Shown: in pieces, positions 36,883 to 45,028 of the stretch
Layout of the letters: each line of letters starts with the position of its first letter
Position numbering within the stretch: position 1 is the first letter of the stretch
Source: an uncultured Verrucomicrobiota bacterium
Lineage (GTDB): Bacteria > Verrucomicrobiota > Verrucomicrobiia > Limisphaerales > UBA1319
Direction: 5' to 3'
NCBI GenBank assembly: GCA_964458325.1
Contig: CAYWIM010000006.1
Span: 9,370-73,369, forward strand
DNA length: 64,000 nt
Position numbers and translations under genes: made by a program
Notes under the pieces: model-generated
The model's input: the letters and a program-made list of their open reading frames with translations, nothing else
Told to the model about the DNA's origin: nothing
Databases searched by the model: none

Positions 36883-38166
36883 ATGCCCGAGCTCGTCGTC
36901 ATCAGCGGCAAAGGCGGAACGGGGAAGACCTCGATGGTGGCATCGCTGGCCGTGCTGGCGCGCCAGGCGGTGCTGGCCGACTGCGATGTGGATGCGGCGG
37001 ATTTGCACCTGGTGCTCGAGCCGCAGATCCGGCGCCGGCAGACCTTTACTGGCGGGAACAAGGCGCGGATCAAACCGGGCCACTGCACGGCCTGCGGCAA
37101 GTGCGAGGAGCTCTGCCGCTTCGATGCCGTCTATTTTGACGGTCCCGGCAACGGGCAGGCCCCGCGGACGTTCCGGATCGATCCGGCCGCCTGCGATGGA
37201 TGCGGCGTGTGCGTCCGCTTTTGCGCCGACAATGCCATCGAGTTCGGCCCCGCGGTCGATGGCGAGTGGTTTGTGTCCGACACCCGCTGCGGTCCGATGG
37301 TCCACGCGCAGCTGCGGCCCGGGGCCGGCAACTCCGGCAAACTGGTCTCGATCGTTCGAAGCCAGGCCCAGCAGATCGCCCGGGAGCGCGGAGGCGGTTT
37401 GATACTGATCGACGGATCGCCGGGAATCGGCTGCCCGGTCATCGCCTCGATCACGGGCGCCTCGCGAGTTCTGGCGGTCACCGAGCCGACGCTTTCCGGC
37501 GAGCACGATCTCGATCGGGTGTTTCTCCTGGTGCGGCACTTCGGCATTCCGGTGACGGTCTGCGTGAACAAGTGCAATCTGAATGCCGAAATTGCCCAGC
37601 GCATCGAGCGAAAGGCGCAAGCCGCCGGAGCGGCGATTCTGCCGCCCATCCCGTACGATTCCGCCGTCACCGATGCGCAGCGGAAAGGCATGGCGGTCGT
37701 CGAATTGGGCGACAGCCCCGCGGCTCGGGCCATCCGGCAAGGATGGTCCGCCTTATGTCAGCAAATCTCAATCAAATCTATGGAAGAATCCAAAACCAAT
37801 CCCACCATGAAAATCGCCATTCCCCTCGCGGGCGGATGCCTGGCCGATCACTTTGGACACTGCGAGCAATTCGCGCTGGTCGATGCCGATCCTGACACGA
37901 AAGCCATTCTTCAAATCACCCGGGTCACGCCGCCGCCGCACGAGCCGGGATTGTTGCCCCGCTGGCTCCATGAGCAAGGCGTCCAGGTCATCATCGCCGG
38001 GGGGATGGGCCAGCGGGCATTGAGCCTGTTTGCCGAGAACGGCATCACAGTCCGAAGCGGGCTGCCCGGCAGGACCGCGGAAGAATCGGCCAAGGCTTTC
38101 CTGGAGGGGGGCCTGAGCTCCGGACCCGCTGCCTGCGAACGCCACGAACGCGGATGCCACGGATGA
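36883..38166 (+). CDS. Second ferredoxin-MinD ATPase, in frame with C-terminal NifX domain
   Basis: SGKGGTGKTS, DCDVDAADLHL, two ferredoxin motifs, DGSPGIGCP; from ATG 37807 MKIAIP..HFGHCEQF..GGMGQRA. Confidence 0.87.
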   Translation: MPELVVISGKGGTGKTSMVASLAVLARQAVLADCDVDAADLHLVLEPQIRRRQTFTGGNKARIKPGHCTACGKCEELCRFDAVYFDGPGNGQAPRTFRIDPAACDGCGVCVRFCADNAIEFGPAVDGEWFVSDTRCGPMVHAQLRPGAGNSGKLVSIVRSQAQQIARERGGGLILIDGSPGIGCPVIASITGASRVLAVTEPTLSGEHDLDRVFLLVRHFGIPVTVCVNKCNLNAEIAQRIERKAQAAGAAILPPIPYDSAVTDAQRKGMAVVELGDSPAARAIRQGWSALCQQISIKSMEESKTNPTMKIAIPLAGGCLADHFGHCEQFALVDADPDTKAILQITRVTPPPHEPGLLPRWLHEQGVQVIIAGGMGQRALSLFAENGITVRSGLPGRTAEESAKAFLEGGLSSGPAACERHERGCHG

Positions 38167-38283
38167 ATCCTGGCGCTGGGCTGTGAATGTTGCATCCGAA
38201 ACCCGGCATCCTGAAGCGCCTTCCGACGACAGCGCTCGCGCGGGCGCCGAATATCGTTCGCGCGTTCGGATTCAGTTTAGGCA

Positions 38284-39222
38284 ATGAACACCTTGATTCT
38301 GTCACCGTCCGCATTGCTGGCGGTCTATTGCGGCCTGGTATTCCTGGCCGCGCTGGCGGGGGGCTGGCTCATCCTGGCGCTCCGGCTCAACCACACCCGG
38401 CTCCAGATTGCCGTCAGCGCCGTGGCGGGTTTAATGCTGGGCATCGCGCTGCTCCATTTCATTCCTCACGCGGTTCACCAGAATCAATCGGTGGATCAGA
38501 CCATGAAATGGGCTCTGGGGGGATTTCTCGCCATGTTCTTTCTGCAGCGGCTGTTTCGCTATCACCACCACCACACTGCCGAAAGCCCGGCCCGCCCGGG
38601 CGGTGATCGACCCGCAGAACAGGCGCCGGCCAACCCAGACGTCGCGCCGATGATCCCGGGGGCGGATCCCGGAGAGGTTGCGCATGCGCTTTCGTGGGCG
38701 GGGACAACCATTGGCTTGTCGCTGCACTCGTTAGTGGATGGGGTGGCATTGGCCACCGCTGCGCTCGTGGGGGTCCACCACGCAAATCCAGGGGCCGGTC
38801 TCGGAGTGGCGCTGGCGGTGATTCTGCATAAGCCATTTGGGGCCATGGCCATCTCGACATTGATGACCGCGGAAGGCTGCTCCCGTTTCCTGCGTCAACT
38901 CGTGAACCTGCTTTTCGCCCTGGTGACGCCTCTGTCCGCGCTGCTGTTCTATTTCGGCGTCGATTACCTTGCCGGAACCAACCAGGCCTTTCAGGGGAAC
39001 GCCCTGGCATTCTGTGCCGGCACATTTCTGTGCATCGCCTGCGCCGATCTTCTGCCCGAGCTGCAATTTCACGCTCATGATCGCCTGGGGCTTTCGCTGG
39101 CCCTATTGGCGGGCTTGGCGCTGGCTCTGCTGCTGAGACAATTCGGACATGCCCATTCGGATCTGCATCCTCATGAGGCCGTGCCGGAGCCGCGGGCTGC
39201 CATCCACGCCCCGTCTCGGTAA
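38284..39222 (+). CDS. ZIP-family metal transporter
   Basis: Multiple TM helices, HHHH loop, LHSLVDG, ILHKP motifs. Confidence 0.88.
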   Translation: MNTLILSPSALLAVYCGLVFLAALAGGWLILALRLNHTRLQIAVSAVAGLMLGIALLHFIPHAVHQNQSVDQTMKWALGGFLAMFFLQRLFRYHHHHTAESPARPGGDRPAEQAPANPDVAPMIPGADPGEVAHALSWAGTTIGLSLHSLVDGVALATAALVGVHHANPGAGLGVALAVILHKPFGAMAISTLMTAEGCSRFLRQLVNLLFALVTPLSALLFYFGVDYLAGTNQAFQGNALAFCAGTFLCIACADLLPELQFHAHDRLGLSLALLAGLALALLLRQFGHAHSDLHPHEAVPEPRAAIHAPSR

Positions 39223-39229
39223 ATCCACC

Positions 39230-39997
39230 ATGCGTCCGACACCGATCCAATCGAAAACCCGGCGCGCAGCCCTCACCGGCAATGCACCAAAGCGCCAAGC
39301 CGACGACCTGCGGGAGAAGATCGAAGCCAACCACGCCCGATTGCGCCAGCGCGCCGCTTTGCATGCGCGGTTCGGTTTCGATTCGGATGCCAGCGTGCGG
39401 TTCGTGGTGGATCGAGCCTTGCCATTGTCCGGGCAGGTATTGGATGTCGGCACGGGCAAAGGCCGGTTCGCGGTCGCGCTGGCGCGGCATGCCGCCCACG
39501 TCACGACGGTCGATGTGAGCGCCGAGGAGCAAACCGCCGCCCGATTGGAGGCCCTGTTTCTGGATGTTGCCGGCCGCATCGATTTCGTTTTGGCCGATGC
39601 ACGGGCGTTGCCTTGGCGTGCGGCATCGTTCGACGCGGTGGTTTCGTGGAATGTCATCCACCATCTCGAGGACCCGGAGGGCGTGTTCGGCGAGATGCTT
39701 CGCGTGTTGAAGCCCGGAGGCAAGCTGGTGCTGGCCGATTTCTCGCCCAGCGGGTTCGAGTTGATGGACAGGATCCATGCCGCCGAGGGCCGGCGCCACC
39801 CCCATCCGCCCAGCCCATTTCCTGGCTGGCGCGCTCGCCTCAAGGCTCGGGGATTTCAGGTGCGGCGCTTTGTGGGGTGCCATGAAGAAGTGTTGGTCGC
39901 CATTCCGATCCGACCGAGGGCAGACGCCAGCCCGCCGGCCGGAGGGCGATCCTCTGCAACGCAGGTTTACAGGCGCGACCGCTTTACAGACCCATGA
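39230..39997 (+). CDS. Class I SAM-dependent methyltransferase
   Basis: VLDVGTGKG, VDVS, DARALP, FDAVV, RVLKPGG. Confidence 0.88.
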   Translation: MRPTPIQSKTRRAALTGNAPKRQADDLREKIEANHARLRQRAALHARFGFDSDASVRFVVDRALPLSGQVLDVGTGKGRFAVALARHAAHVTTVDVSAEEQTAARLEALFLDVAGRIDFVLADARALPWRAASFDAVVSWNVIHHLEDPEGVFGEMLRVLKPGGKLVLADFSPSGFELMDRIHAAEGRRHPHPPSPFPGWRARLKARGFQVRRFVGCHEEVLVAIPIRPRADASPPAGGRSSATQVYRRDRFTDP

Positions 39998-40047
39998 CCC
40001 CCCCATCCGCCAAAGCTGGATCCAATCCGATATCGCACGGCGAGTCG

Positions 40048-40584
40048 ATGGCCCGCCCGACCCTAAAGCTGATGCTGTATCCAGACCAGGTCCTGCGGAC
40101 CCCTTGCCGGCCTGTGGAGACTTTCGACAGCGCTCTGCGCGATTTCGCCGAAGAAATGTTGATGCTGATGCGCCGCCATGCAGGCATTGGATTGGCTGCG
40201 CCGCAGATTGGCCTTCCTGAGCGTCTGTTCGTTTCTTGCATCGAAGATCGTCCGTTCATGCTAACCAACCTAGAAATCCAGGATTGCTGCGAGCCGCGTG
40301 ATTTCGTCGAGGGTTGCCTGAGCCTGCCCGATGTCCAAGTCAATCTGCGCCGGCCCGAGCGCATCCGGATCACGGGTTACGACCTGCATGGCCGGCGGCG
40401 CAGCTATGGCGCGACCGGGTTGTGGGCGCGCGTGATTCAACACGAGCTGGATCATCTGAACGGCGTGTTGATCTGCGATCGCGGACAAGTGCCAGACCGG
40501 CCGTGCGCTGTCTGTCCCCTGGCACTGCCCGCTGTGCTGGCCGAGGAACGCATGTCCAAGTCGCGTCCGCGCCGTTCATGTTAA
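40048..40584 (+). CDS. def: Peptide deformylase
   Basis: GIGLAAPQIG, EGCLS, QHELDH motifs; extra C-terminal CAVC. Confidence 0.92.
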   Translation: MARPTLKLMLYPDQVLRTPCRPVETFDSALRDFAEEMLMLMRRHAGIGLAAPQIGLPERLFVSCIEDRPFMLTNLEIQDCCEPRDFVEGCLSLPDVQVNLRRPERIRITGYDLHGRRRSYGATGLWARVIQHELDHLNGVLICDRGQVPDRPCAVCPLALPAVLAEERMSKSRPRRSC

Positions 40585-40667
40585 CAAGAAAGAGGCTCGA
40601 TCCATGTCGATGAAAATCATCGGTCTCGTTGGCAAACAGTAACCTCGCGAATCACAACCTTTCCCTC

Positions 40668-41585
40668 ATGAACGCATCCGAGTTGCCCCGTGAATCGAAA
40701 CAGGGTCAAAACCCAACTGCGGACGCACGATCCTCTTTCCAGTGGCGGGCGCTGACGTCCGTGATCGTGACGTTGTCATTTCTGACGCTGGCGGTGAGCG
40801 GGGCCGTGCTCTGGGCCTCCCCGCCCGGGCGCATCGCCAATTGGACCGATTGGGCCATGCTCGGCCTCCGCAAGAGCCAGTGGATCGATCTCCATATCTG
40901 GTTCAGCATGCTGTTCCTCGCCGCCTCGGTTTTCCACATCGTCCTCAACTGGCGGCCCTTGATGAATTACTTCAAGAACCGATGGACCCGCCAGTTCGGC
41001 TTGCGCAGGGAATGGATCGCTGCGGTCGTTGTTTGCGGCGGCCTCTTTGCCGCGGTCCGCATGGAGCTTCCGCCCTTCTCATCGTTCTTGGCCTTCACTG
41101 ATGACTTTCGAGAGAGCTGGGGAACACAAGCGCAGCGGCCCCCCATTCCCCATGCCGAGCTGCTGACCGTGTCCGAGTTAGCGGAAAAGGCGGGCGTGGC
41201 GATCACCAATGCCCTGGCGCGCCTGCAAGCGCATGGCATTCAGGGTGCCGATCCCGATGTTCGCATGGCCGAGCTGGTCAGGCAGAACCGCATGCCTGCC
41301 CAGCGGATCTACGATCTCATGCTCTCCCCTGCGGCCGGCGGAGGCCAGCAGCCCGGCCAGCGAATGGGCGGGCAGGGGAGGCTAGGCGGCCAGGGCGCAG
41401 GCGGCGCAGGATGGAAATCGCTGAGCGCGTTCTGTGCGGAAGAAGGCATTGACCTGGCCGCGGCAATGGCTCGCATCGAGGCCAAAGGCCTCAAAGCATC
41501 GGCGGGCCAGACCTTGCGCGAAATCGCCCTCAACAACGGGTATCAACGACCGGCCGAACTGATGCAAATCATTCGCGGCCGATAG
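40668..41585 (+). CDS. DUF4405-type membrane protein with periplasmic helical repeats
   Basis: SGAVLW..PPGR, DLHIW, FHIVLNW His-bearing TM helices, PIPHAELLT. Confidence 0.72.
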   Translation: MNASELPRESKQGQNPTADARSSFQWRALTSVIVTLSFLTLAVSGAVLWASPPGRIANWTDWAMLGLRKSQWIDLHIWFSMLFLAASVFHIVLNWRPLMNYFKNRWTRQFGLRREWIAAVVVCGGLFAAVRMELPPFSSFLAFTDDFRESWGTQAQRPPIPHAELLTVSELAEKAGVAITNALARLQAHGIQGADPDVRMAELVRQNRMPAQRIYDLMLSPAAGGGQQPGQRMGGQGRLGGQGAGGAGWKSLSAFCAEEGIDLAAAMARIEAKGLKASAGQTLREIALNNGYQRPAELMQIIRGR

Positions 41586-41659
41586 CCCAACAGGATGAGA
41601 ACCCCGACTTCATTCGCGCGCTCACCCGCCGCCAGCGCGGCCCCGAGACCCTCCTCCCG

Positions 41660-42658
41660 ATGAATACCAAGGCCCAAAATCCAAAACACGTTTTCGGGCC
41701 CGTGCCTTCCCGCCGCTTGGGCCGCTCTCTAGGCGTGGATCTCGTTCCGTTCAAAACCTGCACCTACGATTGCATCTATTGCCAATTGGGCCGCACGACC
41801 TGCAAAACGGTCGAGCGGAAGGAATGGGTCCCGCTGAGAAGCGTGCTTCGCGAAATCCAGCAACGGCTCGAGAGCCGGCCGGATTACATCACGTTAAGCG
41901 GTTCGGGCGAGCCCACCCTCTACTCGCGTCTCGACAAGCTGATCGATGCCATCCATCGGATGACGGACATCCCCGTGGCCGTGTTGACCAACGGATCTCT
42001 CCTCTGGCAGCCCGAAGTCCGCGCTCAGTTGCGCAACGCCGATCTCGTCCTGCCCTCTCTCGATGCGCCCGATCCGGAACGGTTCGAGTTTATCAACCGG
42101 CCGCATCCGGCGATCAGTTACGAGCGGATGTTGGCTGGGCTGGAGGCGCTCCGGCGTGACTTTGCGGGAAAATACTGGCTGGAGGTGATGCTGCTCGGCG
42201 GGTACACCGCGTTGAACGTCCCGGTGCGGCAGATCGCCGAAAAGGTCCGCCGCATCCGCCCGGACAAGGTCCAGGTCAATACCGCCGTGCGTCCGCCGGC
42301 CGAAGAGTACGCGATGGCAGTGCCTCCCGATCGCTTGAGACGCCTCGCCCGGATGTTTCGGCCTCCGGCCGATGTCATTGCCGACTTCCAAGGGCGTCGA
42401 GCGCCCGCGGGGCTTCCGGCCTCCGCCCGCGAGATCCTTCAGCTCCTGCGCCGGCGCCCCTGCACAGTCGAGGACGTCGCTCGAGGATTGACCATGAAAC
42501 CGGCGGAGGCCGTCAAGCTCCTGGCGGAGTTGGAGGATCGAGGGCGTGTGCGAAGCAGCCGCCATGGCGCCCTCCGTTTTTATCAGCCGGCGGGGCCGGG
42601 CAAACCCCGGGCATCGACTGGCCCGGCCGCTCCATCCCATGAATCAACACGGGCTTGA
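41660..42658 (+). CDS. Radical SAM protein (COG0731-like Fe-S oxidoreductase)
   Basis: FGPVPSRRLGRSLG, CTYDCIYC, ITLSGSGEPTL, VLTNGSLL. Confidence 0.9.
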   Translation: MNTKAQNPKHVFGPVPSRRLGRSLGVDLVPFKTCTYDCIYCQLGRTTCKTVERKEWVPLRSVLREIQQRLESRPDYITLSGSGEPTLYSRLDKLIDAIHRMTDIPVAVLTNGSLLWQPEVRAQLRNADLVLPSLDAPDPERFEFINRPHPAISYERMLAGLEALRRDFAGKYWLEVMLLGGYTALNVPVRQIAEKVRRIRPDKVQVNTAVRPPAEEYAMAVPPDRLRRLARMFRPPADVIADFQGRRAPAGLPASAREILQLLRRRPCTVEDVARGLTMKPAEAVKLLAELEDRGRVRSSRHGALRFYQPAGPGKPRASTGPAAPSHESTRA

Positions 42659-42752
42659 ACAGCGGTTGCGATGCGTACTGAGTGGAGCAAGATTTTGGAC
42701 GAAAGCTTAACTCGAACACAACAAACACGGAAGATCAAACCACAACAACAGT

Positions 42753-43487
42753 ATGACAAACGAACCCAACGCCTGCTGCGCGGCACCCTCGGTGAGCGTG
42801 CCCTTGATCGGCGACGATGCGCCCGCATTCGAGGCCCTCACCACCCAGGGCAACATCAAATTCCCGGACAATTACCGGGGCAAATGGGTGATCCTGTTCA
42901 GCCATCCGGCTGATTTCACTCCCGTCTGCACCACGGAGTTCATGACCTTCGCTGCGATGCAGTCGGAGTTCAAGGCATTGAACTGCGAGCTGATCGGGCT
43001 CTCGATCGACAGCCATTTTGCTCACATCGCCTGGCTCCGCACGATCAAGGAGAAGATCAAGTTCCAGAACATGGCCAACGTCGAGGTGACGTTCCCCGTC
43101 ATCGCCGACATCAAGATGGATGTCGCCCGGCTCTATGGCATGGTCCAGCCCAACAGCAGCGACTCGCAGGCCGTGCGGGCCGTCTTCTTCATCGATCCCA
43201 AGGCCAAGATCCGATCGGTGCTCTTCTACCCCTCGAGCACGGGCCGCAATTTCCATGAGCTCAAACGCCTGCTGATCGCCATGCAGACCAGCGACGCCCA
43301 CGGGTGCGCCACTCCCGCCGACTGGCAGCCGGGCCAGGATGTGATCGTGCCGCCGCCCGGCTCGTGCGGCGTCGCCAAGGAACGCGTCGAGAAACCCACC
43401 GCCGACTGTTACGCGCTGGACTGGTTCATGACGTTCAAAAAGCTGCCCAAAGAAAAACTGAACCTGCCGGCTGCGGCCAAAGGGTAA
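42753..43487 (+). CDS. Peroxiredoxin (Prx6/archaeal-type)
   Basis: FSHPADFTPVCTTE, RAVFFIDP, YP..GRNF.E, TPADW. Confidence 0.95.
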   Translation: MTNEPNACCAAPSVSVPLIGDDAPAFEALTTQGNIKFPDNYRGKWVILFSHPADFTPVCTTEFMTFAAMQSEFKALNCELIGLSIDSHFAHIAWLRTIKEKIKFQNMANVEVTFPVIADIKMDVARLYGMVQPNSSDSQAVRAVFFIDPKAKIRSVLFYPSSTGRNFHELKRLLIAMQTSDAHGCATPADWQPGQDVIVPPPGSCGVAKERVEKPTADCYALDWFMTFKKLPKEKLNLPAAAKG

Positions 43488-43529
43488 GTTCCGCGGTCTG
43501 CAGAAAGCCCATAACCAAGTCTTCCAGCT

Positions 43530-43598
43530 GTAGCCGCCGAGGTGAGGAGGCGAAGATCGATGGCTGCCAGCCATCCGCCTCGCAACCTCGGCGGCTGC
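43530..43598. repeat. GTAG-type REP hairpin
   Basis: GTAGCCGCCGAGGT.GAGGCG ... CGCCTC.ACCTCGGCGGCTGC inverted repeat downstream of prx. Confidence 0.6.
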
Positions 43599-43743
43599 CC
43601 CGGGGCCGCTCCTGGGGCGCCGCGATGCCCGCTTTTGGTGCGGATGGGTATCATGAACCATCCCTTCAAGTCCGGTGTCCCGGTTCCAGCTGGCCCCTTC
43701 AGCCTGCGGCTTGCGGCTCCAGACCGCGCTGGCCGCACAGCAT

Positions 43744-43983
43744 ATGAATCCGATTCGGCCGATCTGTTCGAGCAACCTCCGGAGCGCCCGGATCCGGGCT
43801 CATCCCTGGTGCTGGCTCTGCAACCCCGCCAACCCCGCGGGCCTTCGGGCTCAGTTCAACATCCAAGCGGACAACAGTGTGGCGGCCGAGTTCGCGGGAG
43901 GCGCGGCTTTCGAAGGCTATCCGGGTCTGCTGCATGGCGGGGTGACCGCAGCCTTGTTGGACGGCGCCATGACCAACAAAAAT
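43744..43983 (+). pseudogene. PaaI-family thioesterase, N-terminal half only
   Basis: HPWCWLCNPANPAGL, EGYPGLLHGG, LLDGAMT, then abrupt in-frame switch to the MBL gene. Confidence 0.68.
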
Positions 43984-44826
43984 ATGAGGGACCCTGTTGT
44001 TGTGACGGTTCTGGTCGAGAACACGGCTTACAGTGTCAAGCTGATGGGCGAGCACGGCCTCGCTTTCCATGTTCAAATCGGGGAGAAGAGCCTGTTGTTC
44101 GACACGGGCCAAAGCCGGCTGCTGACGCGCAACGCCAAGCGGTTGGGGGTGGACCTGTCGCGGATTGATGCCGTGGCGCTCAGCCACGGCCATTATGACC
44201 ACACGGGCGGATTGCGCGCCGTGTGGGCCCTGGCGCCCTTGGCGCCGCTCCATGCGCACCCGGGCGTGCGCATCGAGCATTGGGCCCGCAATCCGGACGG
44301 CACAGCCCGCGCTATCGGCATCAGCAGCTCCCAACGGTCCGCGATCCTGGCCCATGACTCCCAGGTCCATTTCAACACCTCGTCCGCCGAACCGCTCCCG
44401 GGGATCCATCTCACCGGCGAGATCCCGCGTTCGACCGATTTCGAGGATGTCGGCGGCCCGTTTTTTCTCGACAAGGCCGTGACAAAACCGGATCCGATCG
44501 CGGATGATCAGGCCCTGTTCTTCGACACCCGCGAGGGATTGGTCGTGCTCTTGGGCTGCGCGCATGCAGGCGTCGTGAACACGGTGCGCCAGATCCGCCG
44601 TCTCACCCATGACCGCCCCATTCACGCGCTCCTGGGCGGGATGCACCTGGCGGCGGCTGGCCCCAGGCGGATGAACTCCACGGTGGAAGCGCTGCGGGAG
44701 CTCAACATCCAGCGGTTGGGCCCAGCCCACTGCACCGGCCCGGCAGCCGCTGCGCGCCTATGGCACGAGTTCCCAAAAGCATGCGTTCCCTGCGTCACGG
44801 GGAGCCAGTTCACGTTCCCCCGCTGA
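43984..44826 (+). CDS. MBL-fold metallo-hydrolase (COG1237-like)
   Basis: TVLVEN, GEHGL, LFDTG, LSHGHYDHTGG, GCAHAG, GGMHL, HCTG. Confidence 0.88.
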   Translation: MRDPVVVTVLVENTAYSVKLMGEHGLAFHVQIGEKSLLFDTGQSRLLTRNAKRLGVDLSRIDAVALSHGHYDHTGGLRAVWALAPLAPLHAHPGVRIEHWARNPDGTARAIGISSSQRSAILAHDSQVHFNTSSAEPLPGIHLTGEIPRSTDFEDVGGPFFLDKAVTKPDPIADDQALFFDTREGLVVLLGCAHAGVVNTVRQIRRLTHDRPIHALLGGMHLAAAGPRRMNSTVEALRELNIQRLGPAHCTGPAAAARLWHEFPKACVPCVTGSQFTFPR

Positions 44827-44920
44827 CGCGCGTCGACAAGAGATGGCGATCTCGACCGCGACCTCTTTCCGCGGAACACGAAGAGATCCATGGCGGAACG
44901 CGGAAGGCAGTCGAGGCTGT

Positions 44921-44956
44921 TTGCAAGCCGCAAGCCGAAAAGGTAGGGCGGCCACT
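44921..44956 (+). repeat. GTAG-type REP copy
   Basis: TTGCAAGCCG..GCCGAAAAGGTAGGGCGGCCACT shared with copies at about 50279 and 60602. Confidence 0.6.
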
Positions 44957-45028
44957 GCGAACCGCACATGCAAAAGCGGCCGGGAATCGCTTCCCGGCCG
45001 CTCGGAACCGCTCGAATATCGCTGCCTG

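Noticed and set aside
34634-38166. Nitrogen fixation genes
   Set aside because: Only stand-alone NifB/NifX-family domains and MinD-type ATPases are present; no nifHDK/ENB
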